A program made the translations under genes and the position numbers. From the IMG/VR virus record IMGVR_UViG_3300015263_000377: DNA of 64,000 nt; one strand, given 5' to 3'. A model generated the notes under the pieces. It made no database searches, was not told the DNA's origin, and was given only the letters and a program-made list of their open reading frames with translations. This document shows, one piece after another, positions 45,938 through 58,363 of the stretch (positions are counted from its first letter, which is position 1; the number at the start of each line of letters is the position of its first letter). This DNA comes from an uncultured virus (IMG/VR IMGVR_UViG_3300015263_000377). Taxonomy: Duplodnaviria > Heunggongvirae > Uroviricota > Caudoviricetes.

Positions 45938-46891
45938 GTGTACCTCTCCTATTCCGGGTTCAAGATGTACGGCGAATGCCCGTTCGCTTATTGGAACAGA
46001 TACGTCAACAAGACGTTGGTTTCCGCCGAGAACGGGGTGAACGCGCTCTACGGGAGCACCGTGGGTCTGGTCTTCGAGGCGTTCTATCGAGACCGTCTTT
46101 GGCGCCGGGTGGACTACCTGGACTACCTCCTATCGCTCGTTGAGCCGTCACTCGACATGGCGATGAAGGACCAGAAGGGTCGCGTGTACGACTGGCACGA
46201 CGAGAAGTCGAACTACCACAGCCGCGAGGAAGTCATCTCCGCTGCGAAGGAAGCTGTCCCCCGAGGGGTCAAGACGATCCGCCAGAACCGCCTTCTGGGC
46301 ACTCATGCGGTGGCTGAGATGAAGCTCGACCATCGTTTCGCTGAGCACATGATTGGGGGTCGCGCCGACTTCGTGATCAAGCGTATCGCCCCCCACGAGG
46401 ATCTCGTGATCCTCGATGGTAAGGGCTCCAAGTGGCGGGAGAAGTACGTCGATGGCAAGGAGTTGAAGCCCGGCCAGAAGATCCAAGGTACGCAGCTCAA
46501 GTGGTACGCCATGCTTCACCGAGCCAAGTTGAACGTGATCCCTGACAAGATCGGGTACGTCTTCTGGATGTTCGAGGACGAGCGGGCCATCGAGTGGGTC
46601 CAGTTCACGAACGCGGACCTCAACGCCCTCCAGAACGAGATCCTGGCCACGATGAATCGCATCGGGTCATCCGTCTCTGAGCTAGAGAAGGTTTCCGGGC
46701 TCATCCAAAGTCACGATGAGCTTCGACAGGAAAGGTTCCCGGCGCAAGCTGGGGATCACTGCCGTCTCTGCGCCTACGTGGAACGTTGCGAAGATGGGGC
46801 CAAGAAGGTGGCTTCATTTCGGCGCAAGTCCCGAGTAGCACTTCCGAAACCCGGTGTAGTAGAACCAGGTCTATGCCTTGACGACGAGTGA
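45938..46891 (+). CDS. PD-(D/E)XK nuclease (AddB/RecB-like)
   Basis: LSYS...CP, E...GRADF...LDGK, QLKWY, C-terminal HCRLCAY...C. Confidence 0.85.
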   Translation: MYLSYSGFKMYGECPFAYWNRYVNKTLVSAENGVNALYGSTVGLVFEAFYRDRLWRRVDYLDYLLSLVEPSLDMAMKDQKGRVYDWHDEKSNYHSREEVISAAKEAVPRGVKTIRQNRLLGTHAVAEMKLDHRFAEHMIGGRADFVIKRIAPHEDLVILDGKGSKWREKYVDGKELKPGQKIQGTQLKWYAMLHRAKLNVIPDKIGYVFWMFEDERAIEWVQFTNADLNALQNEILATMNRIGSSVSELEKVSGLIQSHDELRQERFPAQAGDHCRLCAYVERCEDGAKKVASFRRKSRVALPKPGVVEPGLCLDDE

Positions 46892-46899
46892 GGACCCCC

Positions 46900-47175
46900 A
46901 TGCGCTCCCCAGAAGAACTAAACGAGAAGATCCAAGACCTTCAAACGCGGCACGGCCACCTCATAAAACGCAAGGCGGAGTTGGGTGGTGAGCTTCGATC
47001 CAAGCGGGATGAGCTAGCCGCTCTCGTCAAGGAGATCCAGGCGGCGGGGTATAACCCCAAAACGCTCGTCGAGGACCGCAACAAGGTGCAGCAAGAGCTT
47101 GAGTCTCTCATCGAGGAGTTCGAGAAGGGCCTTGTGGAAGCCGAGACCAACCTGAGCGCTTACGACAAGAAGTGA
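46900..47175 (+). CDS. Small coiled-coil protein
   Basis: Heptad pattern throughout; GAGGA RBS. Confidence 0.75.
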   Translation: MRSPEELNEKIQDLQTRHGHLIKRKAELGGELRSKRDELAALVKEIQAAGYNPKTLVEDRNKVQQELESLIEEFEKGLVEAETNLSAYDKK

Positions 47176-47182
47176 GGAACAG

Positions 47183-48424
47183 ATGAAAATCAAACTCAAC
47201 GCGTCGAATTTGATCGCAGCGCTCGACCTCGTCAAGATCGTCAAGCCGCGACCCGTGACCCCTCAAGGGGGAGCCGGGTACCTCTTCGTGGTGACCGGGC
47301 TCGATTGCCAGGTCTACTCTCGGAACGATCAGTGTGTCGCCCGAGCCAACCTCAAGCTGGAGGAGTCGGACGGGGACGGCCAGTTCGTCTACCCGGCCGA
47401 GTACATCGAAGCTCTCAACTACCTCGATGGGCAAAACCTCACCTTCGAGGCGGAAGCTAAGGAGGATGAGCGGTTCATCGTTCGCTACGAAGCGGGCAAC
47501 GGTGCTCGTACGGAGCGAAGCTCATTCAGTCCACGGCTCCTCTCGACGTGTGATGACGATCTGAAGGCCACCACGACGACGTACGACTACCCCACGGCCA
47601 TTCTCAGGCAGGCCATCGACATGGCGAAGCCGTTTATGGCAGAGGCTTCGGACACCAAGGCGGAAGAGCAGTACAAGGCGGTTCAGGTGTTCGACGGCTC
47701 GAAGCCTGAACACGCCAAGGGTGACGGTCACCTCTTCGCAGCCGACTCCGTTCGCGCCTACTACTTCTGGTGCGACGCCTTCGCCGGCAAAGGTGTCGAG
47801 GTCCACGGACAACACCTCGGCCCCCTCCAGCAGTTTCTCAGCAAGAGCGCTGGCAAGGTGACGTTCCGAATCGGCTCTCACTTCACGTTCTTGGAGAACG
47901 TTTCGGGTCAGGTGCTCGGTTGGCCCAAGCACGCCAAGAGCCATCCCCAGTTCAAATACTACGCTCTCAAGAACGACAAGAACATCTTTCTCATCGACAA
48001 GGTCCAATTCCTCAACTCACTCAAGTACACGCGTAGTGAGTTGGACAAGGACCGCGACAAGATCAAGATCATCTTCAACCACGAGAGGCGTCAGCTTCAG
48101 TTCGGCGTTTCGGAAGGGACGTCCAAGACGGACAGCATCCCGGTCAGGGTTCGCCCCAAGAAAGAGGGTGAAACGGAGATGATCGAGGCCCGTGACTGGA
48201 GCTTCAACATCAACCTGAACCACATGATCGACCTCGTGGAGAAGGTCAAGAACAACGAGGTCGAGTTCCACATCCTGATCGTCCCAGCGTCGGCGGACCG
48301 CAAGGAAGTGGGTATGTTCCGCACGATCGATGACTTTCACCTGGACGAAAGCGGCAACGTGACCGTCGAACCAGAAGGTACGTTCTCATGCCGAGTGACC
48401 CGCTTCATGCCGTCGAAGGAGTAG
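47183..48424 (+). CDS. Probable DNA polymerase III beta sliding clamp
   Basis: MKIKLNASNLIAAL start, FAADSVR, C-terminal FMP; size and co-occurrence with holA/holB/dnaX. Confidence 0.65.
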   Translation: MKIKLNASNLIAALDLVKIVKPRPVTPQGGAGYLFVVTGLDCQVYSRNDQCVARANLKLEESDGDGQFVYPAEYIEALNYLDGQNLTFEAEAKEDERFIVRYEAGNGARTERSSFSPRLLSTCDDDLKATTTTYDYPTAILRQAIDMAKPFMAEASDTKAEEQYKAVQVFDGSKPEHAKGDGHLFAADSVRAYYFWCDAFAGKGVEVHGQHLGPLQQFLSKSAGKVTFRIGSHFTFLENVSGQVLGWPKHAKSHPQFKYYALKNDKNIFLIDKVQFLNSLKYTRSELDKDRDKIKIIFNHERRQLQFGVSEGTSKTDSIPVRVRPKKEGETEMIEARDWSFNINLNHMIDLVEKVKNNEVEFHILIVPASADRKEVGMFRTIDDFHLDESGNVTVEPEGTFSCRVTRFMPSKE

Positions 48425-49080
48425 ACGGCTGGGCGCAACGGGTCAGGCATCTACAGACCTCCGCGATTCGCCTCAAGACGATGCGAGATCAACTCTCTCG
48501 GGAGTTGGTCTCTAAAGAGGTGGAGATCGCGGAGCTAGCCCGTCGCCAAGAAGTCCTCACCAAAGTCGCGGAACTATACCGGGTCCTCATGGACCAGATG
48601 GTCATGGGTCAGGTGCGCACCATCGAGACCATCGTGTCCGAGGGCCTTCGTACGATCTTCTTCGACCAAGACCTCAGCTTCCGGGCCGAAGTGTCGCAGA
48701 AGTACAACAAGATCGCGGTCGAGTTCTACATCTGCCAAGGCGACCCGGACAACGGTGGAATCAAAGGCTCCCCTCTCGACTCGTTCGGGGGTGGTCCGTC
48801 AAGCATCGCCAGCCTCATTCTTCGGATCCTCACCCTCCTCCGGCTGAAACGGCAGCGCACGTTGTTGCTTGATGAGACTCTCGCGGCTGTCTCCGATGAC
48901 TACATCGAGGCGACGGGACAGTTTCTCCAAAAACTAGCGGCCACGAGTGATCTGTCTCTGCTCATGGTAACCCACAAGCCCGCTTTCATTGACCACGCGA
49001 CTCTCTCGTACCACGGGGACTCGAAGACCCAAGGTGTAAGGCAGGAGTTCGTGGTGAAAAAGCTGCGGAGCGTATCGTGA
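48388..49080 (+). CDS. SbcC/Rad50-like ATPase, C-terminal half
   Basis: Short coiled coil, signature SFGGG, Walker B LLLDE, H-loop MVTH; no Walker A. Confidence 0.85.
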   Translation: MPSDPLHAVEGVDGWAQRVRHLQTSAIRLKTMRDQLSRELVSKEVEIAELARRQEVLTKVAELYRVLMDQMVMGQVRTIETIVSEGLRTIFFDQDLSFRAEVSQKYNKIAVEFYICQGDPDNGGIKGSPLDSFGGGPSSIASLILRILTLLRLKRQRTLLLDETLAAVSDDYIEATGQFLQKLAATSDLSLLMVTHKPAFIDHATLSYHGDSKTQGVRQEFVVKKLRSVS

Positions 49081-49697
49081 GAGGCGAGCCCGAAGTTCGG
49101 GTTCGCCTCAACCAGCTCCTAGCGGAAGAGGTGAACAAGCGGATTGCGGAGGCTTCGGAGAGGCTTCCGCATCGCTGCGTTCACAACCACCGTCATCCGC
49201 TCGACCAACGCAAGCAAGTGGATGGGGAGCCCAACGAAGGCTACAACCGTATCGCGAACGGACGAGGGCTCCCCGTCATCCAGACCATCGGTCTTTGCAT
49301 GCTCGGCTCGGACGACCCCGAGACCTGGGGTGGTACCATTTGCGAGGACCCGATTGACGCGAAAAGGTGTCCGGACTTCAAGCCTGCGAAGCTCAAGGCG
49401 GACCTGCTCAAAGAGTTTCGCGAGCAGCTCCGGGACGAGGCGTGGGCTCGGGAGCATCTACCCGAGGTCTTCGCCCTCATGTGGCTCTTGGAAGAAACTG
49501 AAGCGAAGGAACAACCTCAGATCGTTGAGACTCAGGAGAAGATCGACGAGCTGGTAGGGGAAGCCGAGGCTCCCCCTGTTCCCGTGGAAGCCGCTGAGGC
49601 TACGATCCCCGAAGCTCCCGTGGAAACCGTTGTGCCGTGGTGGAAGGCTTGGCTCCTCCGCCTTCTCGGAGCGGAGCCTAAGAGGCTCCGGAGTTGA
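49077..49697 (+). CDS. Hypothetical protein (Cys cluster)
   Basis: Coupled ORF; CVHN...LC...IC...CPDF. Confidence 0.7.
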   Translation: MRGEPEVRVRLNQLLAEEVNKRIAEASERLPHRCVHNHRHPLDQRKQVDGEPNEGYNRIANGRGLPVIQTIGLCMLGSDDPETWGGTICEDPIDAKRCPDFKPAKLKADLLKEFREQLRDEAWAREHLPEVFALMWLLEETEAKEQPQIVETQEKIDELVGEAEAPPVPVEAAEATIPEAPVETVVPWWKAWLLRLLGAEPKRLRS

Positions 49698-50263
49698 ACT
49701 TTTCCGCTCTTTCCCACTTGCTCGTGACGGAGCGGCTCCGCCAACGCGCAGCGAGCGCCGGGGGTTTCTCTGTTCCGGCTATGGAGGAGCGGCAAGTCCC
49801 GGAAAACGTCGAAACTCTCTTGGTCACGAACATGCGTGGCCTCTTTTTGCCTAGCAAGCGTGGGGCGGCGGGGAACGCTCGGTACGCCTTCTTTATGTGC
49901 CCTCCGTCCCATGAGAACGACGTGTTGGAGCGGCTCTACAGCACCGTTCTACAGCTCGCCACCACTTCCGGGTGGGCCAATGTATTTGGGGGGATCCCAG
50001 AAGCCCTAGCCGCCATGAACAAGTCGAACACCCCCCCGAAGACCATCGTGGTCCCATCGGACCACGAGCTTTCGGAAGGGGAGTCCGTTTCGATCCAAGG
50101 TCTACAGGTGGTTGTAGGCCCACTTCCTCAAGGATGTGCTCTAGTTGCTGCCAGTCCTCCAGCCCTCGGTGTCTATACCAGGGTCGGGGACTATCTCGGT
50201 CTCCAGTTCTACAACGTCCCCCGGACGTTGATGGTGGTGCGACCGAATGACAGCCTGGGTTGA
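49694..50263 (+). CDS. Hypothetical protein
   Basis: Coupled ORF (TTGA overlap). Confidence 0.6.
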   Translation: MNFSALSHLLVTERLRQRAASAGGFSVPAMEERQVPENVETLLVTNMRGLFLPSKRGAAGNARYAFFMCPPSHENDVLERLYSTVLQLATTSGWANVFGGIPEALAAMNKSNTPPKTIVVPSDHELSEGESVSIQGLQVVVGPLPQGCALVAASPPALGVYTRVGDYLGLQFYNVPRTLMVVRPNDSLG

Positions 50264-50945
50264 GACGCTCGTAGAGTACGCGCAAAAGGGGGTGGACGAA
50301 CGCGTCCGTGAAGCCCTCTGGTCCCGTGGCGCCTCAGACGAGCAGATCGATCTCCTTCGGGTAGGTTACCTAGACAGGAAGCTCCCGGAGGCCGAGTACC
50401 CCGAGGAGTTTTTGGAGTGGTGCTGGAAGGGTCGCAAGCTCCAAGACTGCTACGTCTTCCCGCTCACCAACCCTCTTGGTGAGATTCAGGGGTTTCAATT
50501 CAGGGGTGTGGAGCGGGAAGGTGGGATCTACTCGGACTACCTCCTCACGCACGCAGAGCCAGTCTTTTTCGGGCTAGGTCAAGCCATGCCTTCAATTTGG
50601 GAGACCGAGTCAGCTCTCCCAGTGGAAGGGGTCTTCGACTTCTTTCCAACGCAGCGCGTTGTACCTTTCACGATTGCCACCTTGACCGCCAAGGTCAGTG
50701 ATGTACTCCTCCGCACCTTCAAGCGTCTTGTAAAGCGCACCTACCTCTTTTATGATAATGATGCGATCGGCCGTAAAGCGTGCGCCACATTCCGCAAAGA
50801 ATGCGGGGACTTATTTGAGGTTCGTATTCCCGAGTACCCCGTAGGGCTCACCCTGCGAGGCAAACCAGTCAAAGACCCCGGTGACCTCTGGGAAGCGTGG
50901 GGCGACGACCGATTCAAGCCGTATCTTCTAGCGCAAATGGAGTGA
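50247..50945 (+). CDS. DnaG-like primase catalytic/TOPRIM core (no zinc-binding domain)
   Basis: L.SRG, FPL, GFQFR, VEGVFD, YDNDAIG, KDPGD. Confidence 0.85.
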   Translation: MTAWVETLVEYAQKGVDERVREALWSRGASDEQIDLLRVGYLDRKLPEAEYPEEFLEWCWKGRKLQDCYVFPLTNPLGEIQGFQFRGVEREGGIYSDYLLTHAEPVFFGLGQAMPSIWETESALPVEGVFDFFPTQRVVPFTIATLTAKVSDVLLRTFKRLVKRTYLFYDNDAIGRKACATFRKECGDLFEVRIPEYPVGLTLRGKPVKDPGDLWEAWGDDRFKPYLLAQME

Positions 50946-50947
50946 AC

Positions 50948-51439
50948 ATGGGTCAGACGTACGAAAACGCCGAGGGAGTGGAGTCTATCGCAAGCCAGCT
51001 CATCCCTGCGCACCACCCGGAATTGGCGACAGCTCGGTTCCGCTACGTCTTCAAGGAGAAGGCTGGCAAGAAGGGTGGCAAGGTCGTCTACGGCACGGTC
51101 AAGAAGTGCAGCGACCTCATGATCTTCCTCATCGAATCAGACTACCTCATCGAAGTCGCCTTGGATGCCTGGAACCCCCTCGACGGACCCAAGCGGACGG
51201 CTCTCGTCGATCATCTCTTGGAGCGCTGCTTCGGGGAAGAGGACGAGGAGACGGGGGACATGAAGTGGAAGCTCCGGGAGCCCGACGTACAGGAGTTCTC
51301 GACCATCCTCCGTAGGCACGGAGCCTGGAACGACGACCTCGTCAACTTCGTCTCGGTCGCGAACACCCTGGACCTCAGCTACATGACGGCTGGGGTAGAT
51401 GCTCAACAGACCCAAACGACTGGAGCCGCCGCTCACTGA
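50948..51439 (+). CDS. Phage putative metallopeptidase-family protein, degenerate HExxH
   Basis: G.VKK...DYLIEV...W..L...RTALVDHLL.RC...PDVQEF..ILRRHG. Confidence 0.65.
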   Translation: MGQTYENAEGVESIASQLIPAHHPELATARFRYVFKEKAGKKGGKVVYGTVKKCSDLMIFLIESDYLIEVALDAWNPLDGPKRTALVDHLLERCFGEEDEETGDMKWKLREPDVQEFSTILRRHGAWNDDLVNFVSVANTLDLSYMTAGVDAQQTQTTGAAAH

Positions 51440-51452
51440 GTGAGGTTTCATC

Positions 51453-52960
<1,508 letters not shown>

Positions 52961-52974
<14 letters not shown>

Positions 52975-54982
52975 GTGGGTGGTCCTAGAGTTGTCCCCTC
53001 AAGGGGAGGATGAGGACCCCGAAGTCCTCTCCTCAGCCCTTGTGCGTCTGATTCGAGACAAGGCGGTCGAGATTTTCATCCCGGCTTCAATTTCGATTCA
53101 AGGGGACAGTCGAGTCATCCACAAGCTGATCGACAACTATGTGTTCATCCGTAGAACACTACCAGACAACGCCTTCCTCCGTCTGGAAGGCACGAAGTAC
53201 ATCTCCTCTGTCTTGACGATCGCCCGCTCCGACAAGAAGACGACGGTGCGGGAGATGGCCTGCGTCCAAGACTCCGATATCGAGCGGATGCGAAAGCAGA
53301 TCCACGTCGAGACGGAGCAAGGGATCGAAGTCGGGGACGAAGTCCAGGTGATGAGCGGCGCCTACAAGGGCATCAACGGCCGTATCATCGAGGAGATCCC
53401 GGAGAACGACAGCGTTCAAGTATTCATCAAGCTCAGGTCGAAAGAGGCCATCGTCACCCTCCCGAGGAGCTTCCTTCGGTTCGTTTCCAAGGATCAGTCG
53501 GATCTCCCGACCTTCTCTCCGTTCCTCACCAAAATCGAGAGGATCCGCGATTGGGTTCGGGCCGTGCGACCCCTTTTGGTCTGGGATCCGCTCAGCATTC
53601 AACCCTTGGAACACGCCATCAAGAGGTACGCGAACGTTGAGCTGGCGATGCGGTGGTGGCACCGCCGAGACCCCCTCCTAGAGCAGATGCGGCTCATTGA
53701 GCGTGTACGTCAAACCCCTGACGCTGACCTAGCGCCCCTGCTCCGCAAACACGAGGAGTTTAGTCTCGTAAACGGGTGGCTTCGCCAGGATCGGAGCCTG
53801 GTCTTCCTTGGGATCAAGACACGTCATGAGCGCGTGAAGCACATGACCTCGATCATACAAAAGAACCCCGGCTTCTTCTACTCCGTGTCTACGGACCCCG
53901 TGGTGAGCCAGTCTGAAACGCAAATTCTAAACGGGTTCAACGAGCGGGTAAAGACGAAGCAACGCGAGACCCAATGGCTTCAAGACGTTGTGCGGCGACT
54001 TGACTCCATCGCTAGGGACCTGGACAACATCGAAGCGCTCACGTGGAGGAGACCGGACATGTTCGAGAACATCATCATCGACGGGCACAACCTCGCCTAC
54101 CGAGTCGCCAACGCTCTGGGTGTGATGAAGACCCCCCTCACGGACTCCGATGGCAACCCAACCGGGATGGTCTTCGGGTTCCTCAAAAGCCTTACCAGCT
54201 ACAAGAAGCGGTTCCCAAACGCGAAGGTCTACGTGGTTTGGGATGGATCACCCCAACGCCGCATTGAAATGTTCCCAGGTTACAAATTGAAGCGTCGCCA
54301 AAAGCGGGCATCCAACGGCGCAACGACACCTGATAACCAAATGACCCGACTCAGGAACATCCTTCCGACACTGGGGGTCACTCAGGCGTTCAACAAGGAC
54401 GAAGAGACCGACGACATCATTGCGTGTCTGGTCAGGGGAAAACTCAAAGGACAACGCAACGTTATCGTCTCCACGGACCAAGACTTCCTACAACTGGTGA
54501 CACTTACCGATATTGTGCTAGCACCCAAGGTCGGAAATCGACAAGAGACCCTTTACGACCGGGATAAAGTCGTGGAAGAATATGGGGTCACGCCTGAATC
54601 TTTGGTCCAGCTTCGGGCGTTGCTGGGTGACACTTCGGACGAGATACCGGGCATCCCTATGGTGTCCGACAAAATCCTCACGGGGCTCTTGAAGAACTAC
54701 GGCACTGTTGAAGACATGTTGGCATCGAACCTGTCGGGAACCACCCCGAAACAGTATGCCAAGATCCGTTCAGCGGGGGACCAAGTTCGTCTCAATTTGA
54801 AACTCATGACGCTCCTCACGGACCTTCCGTTCGAGGAGATCCCGCCAACCCCCGATGCGAAGACAGCCTCCGAGACCATAGGGGGTCTCAACATCCAGGC
54901 TGACCCGATCGTGGACCCGTTCTTCCAAACTTCAGTTGGTTTCGTGAAGCAGCAACAAGGGCAGTTCAATTTCGAGAGCTGA
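52961..54982 (+). CDS. NusG (NGN+KOW) domain fused to a 5'-3' exonuclease/flap endonuclease (PolA N-terminal type)
   Basis: WVVL...IFIP...KLIDNYVFI...VGDEVQVMSGAYKGINGRI; C-terminal IIDGHNLAYR, VVWDG, YK..R, ETDDII, STDQDFLQL, LLGDTSDEIPGI. Confidence 0.85.
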
Positions 54983-54999
54983 CGGGAGGAGAGGGCATC

Positions 55000-55635
55000 A
55001 TGAGCGGTGGCTACGTCTTTTCGGTCGATCCGGCAGAACTTGCCAACCGATTCGCAGCCCCCGATGAGCCCTTATTCGACGAGTTGGAAGAGGAGGAAGA
55101 GGGTGACGACGCCCAGCCCTTGCTCTCAACGCTCAGCTTCGAGAACGAGATCAAGCCGCTACTCGACCGGATTCCGGAACGCGAAGCGGACTTGATTGAC
55201 CTGTACTACATCCAAAAGAAGCGTCAGGCGGACATCGCCGAAATCTTCGGGGTGACGCAGGCGGCTATCAGCTACCGACTCGACCGAGGACTCCAGCGAA
55301 TTCGATTCCTCCTGTCTATCCCCCAAGTCAGCGAGGAGGAGATGCGCCGCGACCTCCCCGACGTACCGTTCAAACCCATCGACGTGAACATCTTGGTCGG
55401 CATGTGGCAGACCACGTGTCAGTCAGAAGTCGCTAGTCGGCTCGGTCTTACGCAGGGCAGAGTTCGGCACCGCTTCTTTGGCGCCGTGACCACGCTGGAG
55501 AAACGAGCTGGGGAGGATTCTCGGTTCTCTCGGTACAGCAAGGTCTTCTCTTCGATCGCGTCCAAGAAATTCAACATCTTGCGCGAGGTCAAATTGCCCC
55601 AGTGGTCGAACAGGGGTGGGGACGGGTGCTTCTAA
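55000..55635 (+). CDS. Sigma-factor-like protein with two region-4 HTH motifs
   Basis: IPEREADLIDLYY...QADIAEIFGVTQAAISYRL; CQSEVASRLGLTQGRVRHRF. Confidence 0.75.
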   Translation: MSGGYVFSVDPAELANRFAAPDEPLFDELEEEEEGDDAQPLLSTLSFENEIKPLLDRIPEREADLIDLYYIQKKRQADIAEIFGVTQAAISYRLDRGLQRIRFLLSIPQVSEEEMRRDLPDVPFKPIDVNILVGMWQTTCQSEVASRLGLTQGRVRHRFFGAVTTLEKRAGEDSRFSRYSKVFSSIASKKFNILREVKLPQWSNRGGDGCF

Positions 55636-55682
55636 GCTAAGAGCCCGTTTCTTCTTATGGCGTGCGGTTCAAGAGGAACCGC

Positions 55683-56585
55683 ATGCCGCTTGTCTCGAAC
55701 CTTCGGGCACACGACCACAAGTTCGAGTTTGCCACGGCCGCTGGTAAGTGGGAGTGGACGACTCGGTTGGACGTGTCGCAATCGAACCCCCTCTACTCGG
55801 TTCGGGACATCAAGTCACCGTACGGGTTACTGAGGGACTCCATCCCCATCCCCGGCGAGGTTGTCTCGGCGATGGCCGAGTCGATCGACGAGTTGAAGTC
55901 CAACTTCGCTCCGAACATCCTGCTCGGACCTCCGACGTTGCTCAACTTCACGGTCGACGAAGGACGTGGTTTTGCCGAGCCCGAGGTGGTTCTCATCACC
56001 AACGACGGAGTCTACGGCTCGCTTCTAGGGGTCACCCTCACCACATCGGCGGCGTATGTTCGGGTAACCCCAGCGAACGTTGGGAACCTCGCCCTGAACG
56101 AGTCCGGTCAGTTTCAAATCGAGGTGGATGCGACGGATCTGCTTGCTACCAGCAGCCCGTACAACGAAACCATCGCGATTCAAGACCCCTCAGCGACCAA
56201 CAACCCGCAGACGTTTCCTGTCACCATCACGGTTCGGCCGAAGGCAACCATCTACACGAACCCAACGGTACTCAACTTCAGTGTTGTCAAACCGTTGTCC
56301 GGGTCCTTCCCGTCGATCCCGACCCAAACCTTCACGGTCCAAAACACTGGGTTGGTAGGATCGGTTCTGGACTTCCAGGTTCAGAAGCTCACGGGGCTCT
56401 CCGACTGGCTCACGAGCTTCCTTCCGTCTTCGGGCACGCTTCTCTCTAGCGAGTCGACCGATATCACGGTCACGGTCGTACCCCCGGACAACCTGTTGCA
56501 AGGGACCTATTCGGAGAAGCTCCGCGTTTCTGGTTACAGCTCCAACAGCTACCAGGACGTTGAGATTGTCCTTGTCGTAACGTGA
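55683..56585 (+). CDS. Structural protein with tandem BACON/Ig-like domains
   Basis: Thr/Ser/Val-rich; PT.LNF, YVRVTP, WL...SSGTL, GTY repeats. Confidence 0.7.
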   Translation: MPLVSNLRAHDHKFEFATAAGKWEWTTRLDVSQSNPLYSVRDIKSPYGLLRDSIPIPGEVVSAMAESIDELKSNFAPNILLGPPTLLNFTVDEGRGFAEPEVVLITNDGVYGSLLGVTLTTSAAYVRVTPANVGNLALNESGQFQIEVDATDLLATSSPYNETIAIQDPSATNNPQTFPVTITVRPKATIYTNPTVLNFSVVKPLSGSFPSIPTQTFTVQNTGLVGSVLDFQVQKLTGLSDWLTSFLPSSGTLLSSESTDITVTVVPPDNLLQGTYSEKLRVSGYSSNSYQDVEIVLVVT

Positions 56586-56592
56586 GGTCAGG

Positions 56593-56865
56593 ATGAGTAA
56601 CAAGGACTTCGACATCGGCTCCATGTTCCAGGTCCAAGCCTCCCACGGCCTGGACGCCTTCTTCGCTCGTGAGCCTCAAATGGTCACCCCAACGGGGCGT
56701 CGGAAGGTGGCATCGATCCAAGACCTCGCCTCGTTCACGAGGTTGAGCAACGACACGCTCATCCACAAGGCCGAGAAGGACTTGTGGGCCATCAAGCGTG
56801 AGGCGGACGGCTCGATGGTCATTGAGCGCCAGTTCGACGACAACGGAAAGCCTCTCCGGTACTGA
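56593..56865 (+). CDS. Hypothetical protein (morphogenesis region)
   Basis: Clean ORF with RBS. Confidence 0.75.
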   Translation: MSNKDFDIGSMFQVQASHGLDAFFAREPQMVTPTGRRKVASIQDLASFTRLSNDTLIHKAEKDLWAIKREADGSMVIERQFDDNGKPLRY

Positions 56866-56875
56866 GGAGGATCCC

Positions 56876-58363
56876 TTGAGTACCCAGCAAAAGGTCCGGC
56901 TGATCATCGCCAAGTCTGGCGGGTTCTTCAAGAGCGAGGATGACGACTCCCCGTCCCCGCCGCCGCCCTTTATCGGGGGATCGGATGGCCTGAAACGGAA
57001 CATCCCCAAGAACCACGACTTCGACCCCAAGGCCCTGAAGCCGCTCGCGAGGATGCTCTTCTCGTCCAGCGTGTCGCTCGGACATGCGGTCGCTGCCTAC
57101 AAGGAATTCACCCGGCTCAAGTCTGCCCGAATCTCACCGGACGGAATGCTTGGTGGTCGAGGTTACGTCACCAAGGTCAAGGACATCCGCAGCAAGCTCC
57201 AGCAGGCTTGTGAGCTGCTCTCTTCGATTACGGATACGGTTCACGACGAGATCAACGCCCCTCACTGGCAACCGAGCCTAGCTGAGCTTGGGGCGAACGA
57301 TGCCGAGGACGTGACCGAGTTCATGGAGGAGGCCGAGGAGGTTCTTGAGGACCCGGAGGCGTTTGGGGAGAAGGAAGTCCAAGAGATCGAGAAGAAGAAC
57401 GATGGCCCAGGGGGTACGCCGAACACCAAGCCCAAGCCCAAGTCGAAGTCGAAGACCAAGACGAAGGACAAAAGCTCTGAGCTGCCTGGCGGTGGGGATG
57501 CCGGCAACGAAGCTATCCCTCAAGGGGAGTCTTTCAAGCAGCATGTGAAGAACGCCATGCAGAAGCAGGCGAACAGCTCTGTTTCCCCAGCCACCCTCCC
57601 AGGCCCTCGGGTAGACCACCTCGACCGAGGAGAGCAAACGGGGCCGTACGGGTCATACAACCGGGATGAGCCTCTCACGGAAGATGCGTGGGGTCTCAGC
57701 GAAGGGGTAGACGACGAGTACGACTACGAATCGGACTTCTCCAACAACTTGCTCGACAAGACTGGTCTTGAAGCATGGGGGGAGTCAGCGATCCCTGACG
57801 CGACCAGCGACCCCACGGAGACGGAAGGGCGGGACTTCGGCATCGGTTACGGAGCCAAAGGACGAGGCACCGAGGGTTACGGCACCAAGTCGCCAGACGG
57901 CCGAGGCGTTTACGGCCCCTCCAGCGACCTCCCGAACGATCCCGGCGCCCCCACCCGAGATACGGAAGAGGGGGCCGGTCCGTATCTGGACGGCGTCGAG
58001 CGTAACGTTTGGGCGGGTTGTGGGTGCGGGCCTCAAGCAGAATCCAAGCTCCCGTTTGACGGCCCGGATCCAGTCGCTAGGTCGGACTACTTCGAGGGTA
58101 ACAAGGGCAACCAATTCAACGTGACCCACCAAGGGGAGCACGTTCATGATTGGCGTATGTTGCCGGATGACGGGTCGTCGAGGGTGCCGGGCGACCAAGT
58201 GCCACCCCTCTACAACTACGACCGAGATTTGATGGACGTTGGGCAGAGTCTCGAACACCAAGACCCTCCGTACGTCAAGTACGACTGGACCACGCACAAC
58301 TACCGCAACGACATTCAAGATGTCTTCCGGCACGAAGACGATGACAGAGGTTCCAATGGCTGA
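56876..58363 (+). CDS. Hypothetical acidic, low-complexity protein (morphogenesis region)
   Basis: GAGGAGG RBS before TTG 56876. Confidence 0.75.
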   Translation: MSTQQKVRLIIAKSGGFFKSEDDDSPSPPPPFIGGSDGLKRNIPKNHDFDPKALKPLARMLFSSSVSLGHAVAAYKEFTRLKSARISPDGMLGGRGYVTKVKDIRSKLQQACELLSSITDTVHDEINAPHWQPSLAELGANDAEDVTEFMEEAEEVLEDPEAFGEKEVQEIEKKNDGPGGTPNTKPKPKSKSKTKTKDKSSELPGGGDAGNEAIPQGESFKQHVKNAMQKQANSSVSPATLPGPRVDHLDRGEQTGPYGSYNRDEPLTEDAWGLSEGVDDEYDYESDFSNNLLDKTGLEAWGESAIPDATSDPTETEGRDFGIGYGAKGRGTEGYGTKSPDGRGVYGPSSDLPNDPGAPTRDTEEGAGPYLDGVERNVWAGCGCGPQAESKLPFDGPDPVARSDYFEGNKGNQFNVTHQGEHVHDWRMLPDDGSSRVPGDQVPPLYNYDRDLMDVGQSLEHQDPPYVKYDWTTHNYRNDIQDVFRHEDDDRGSNG

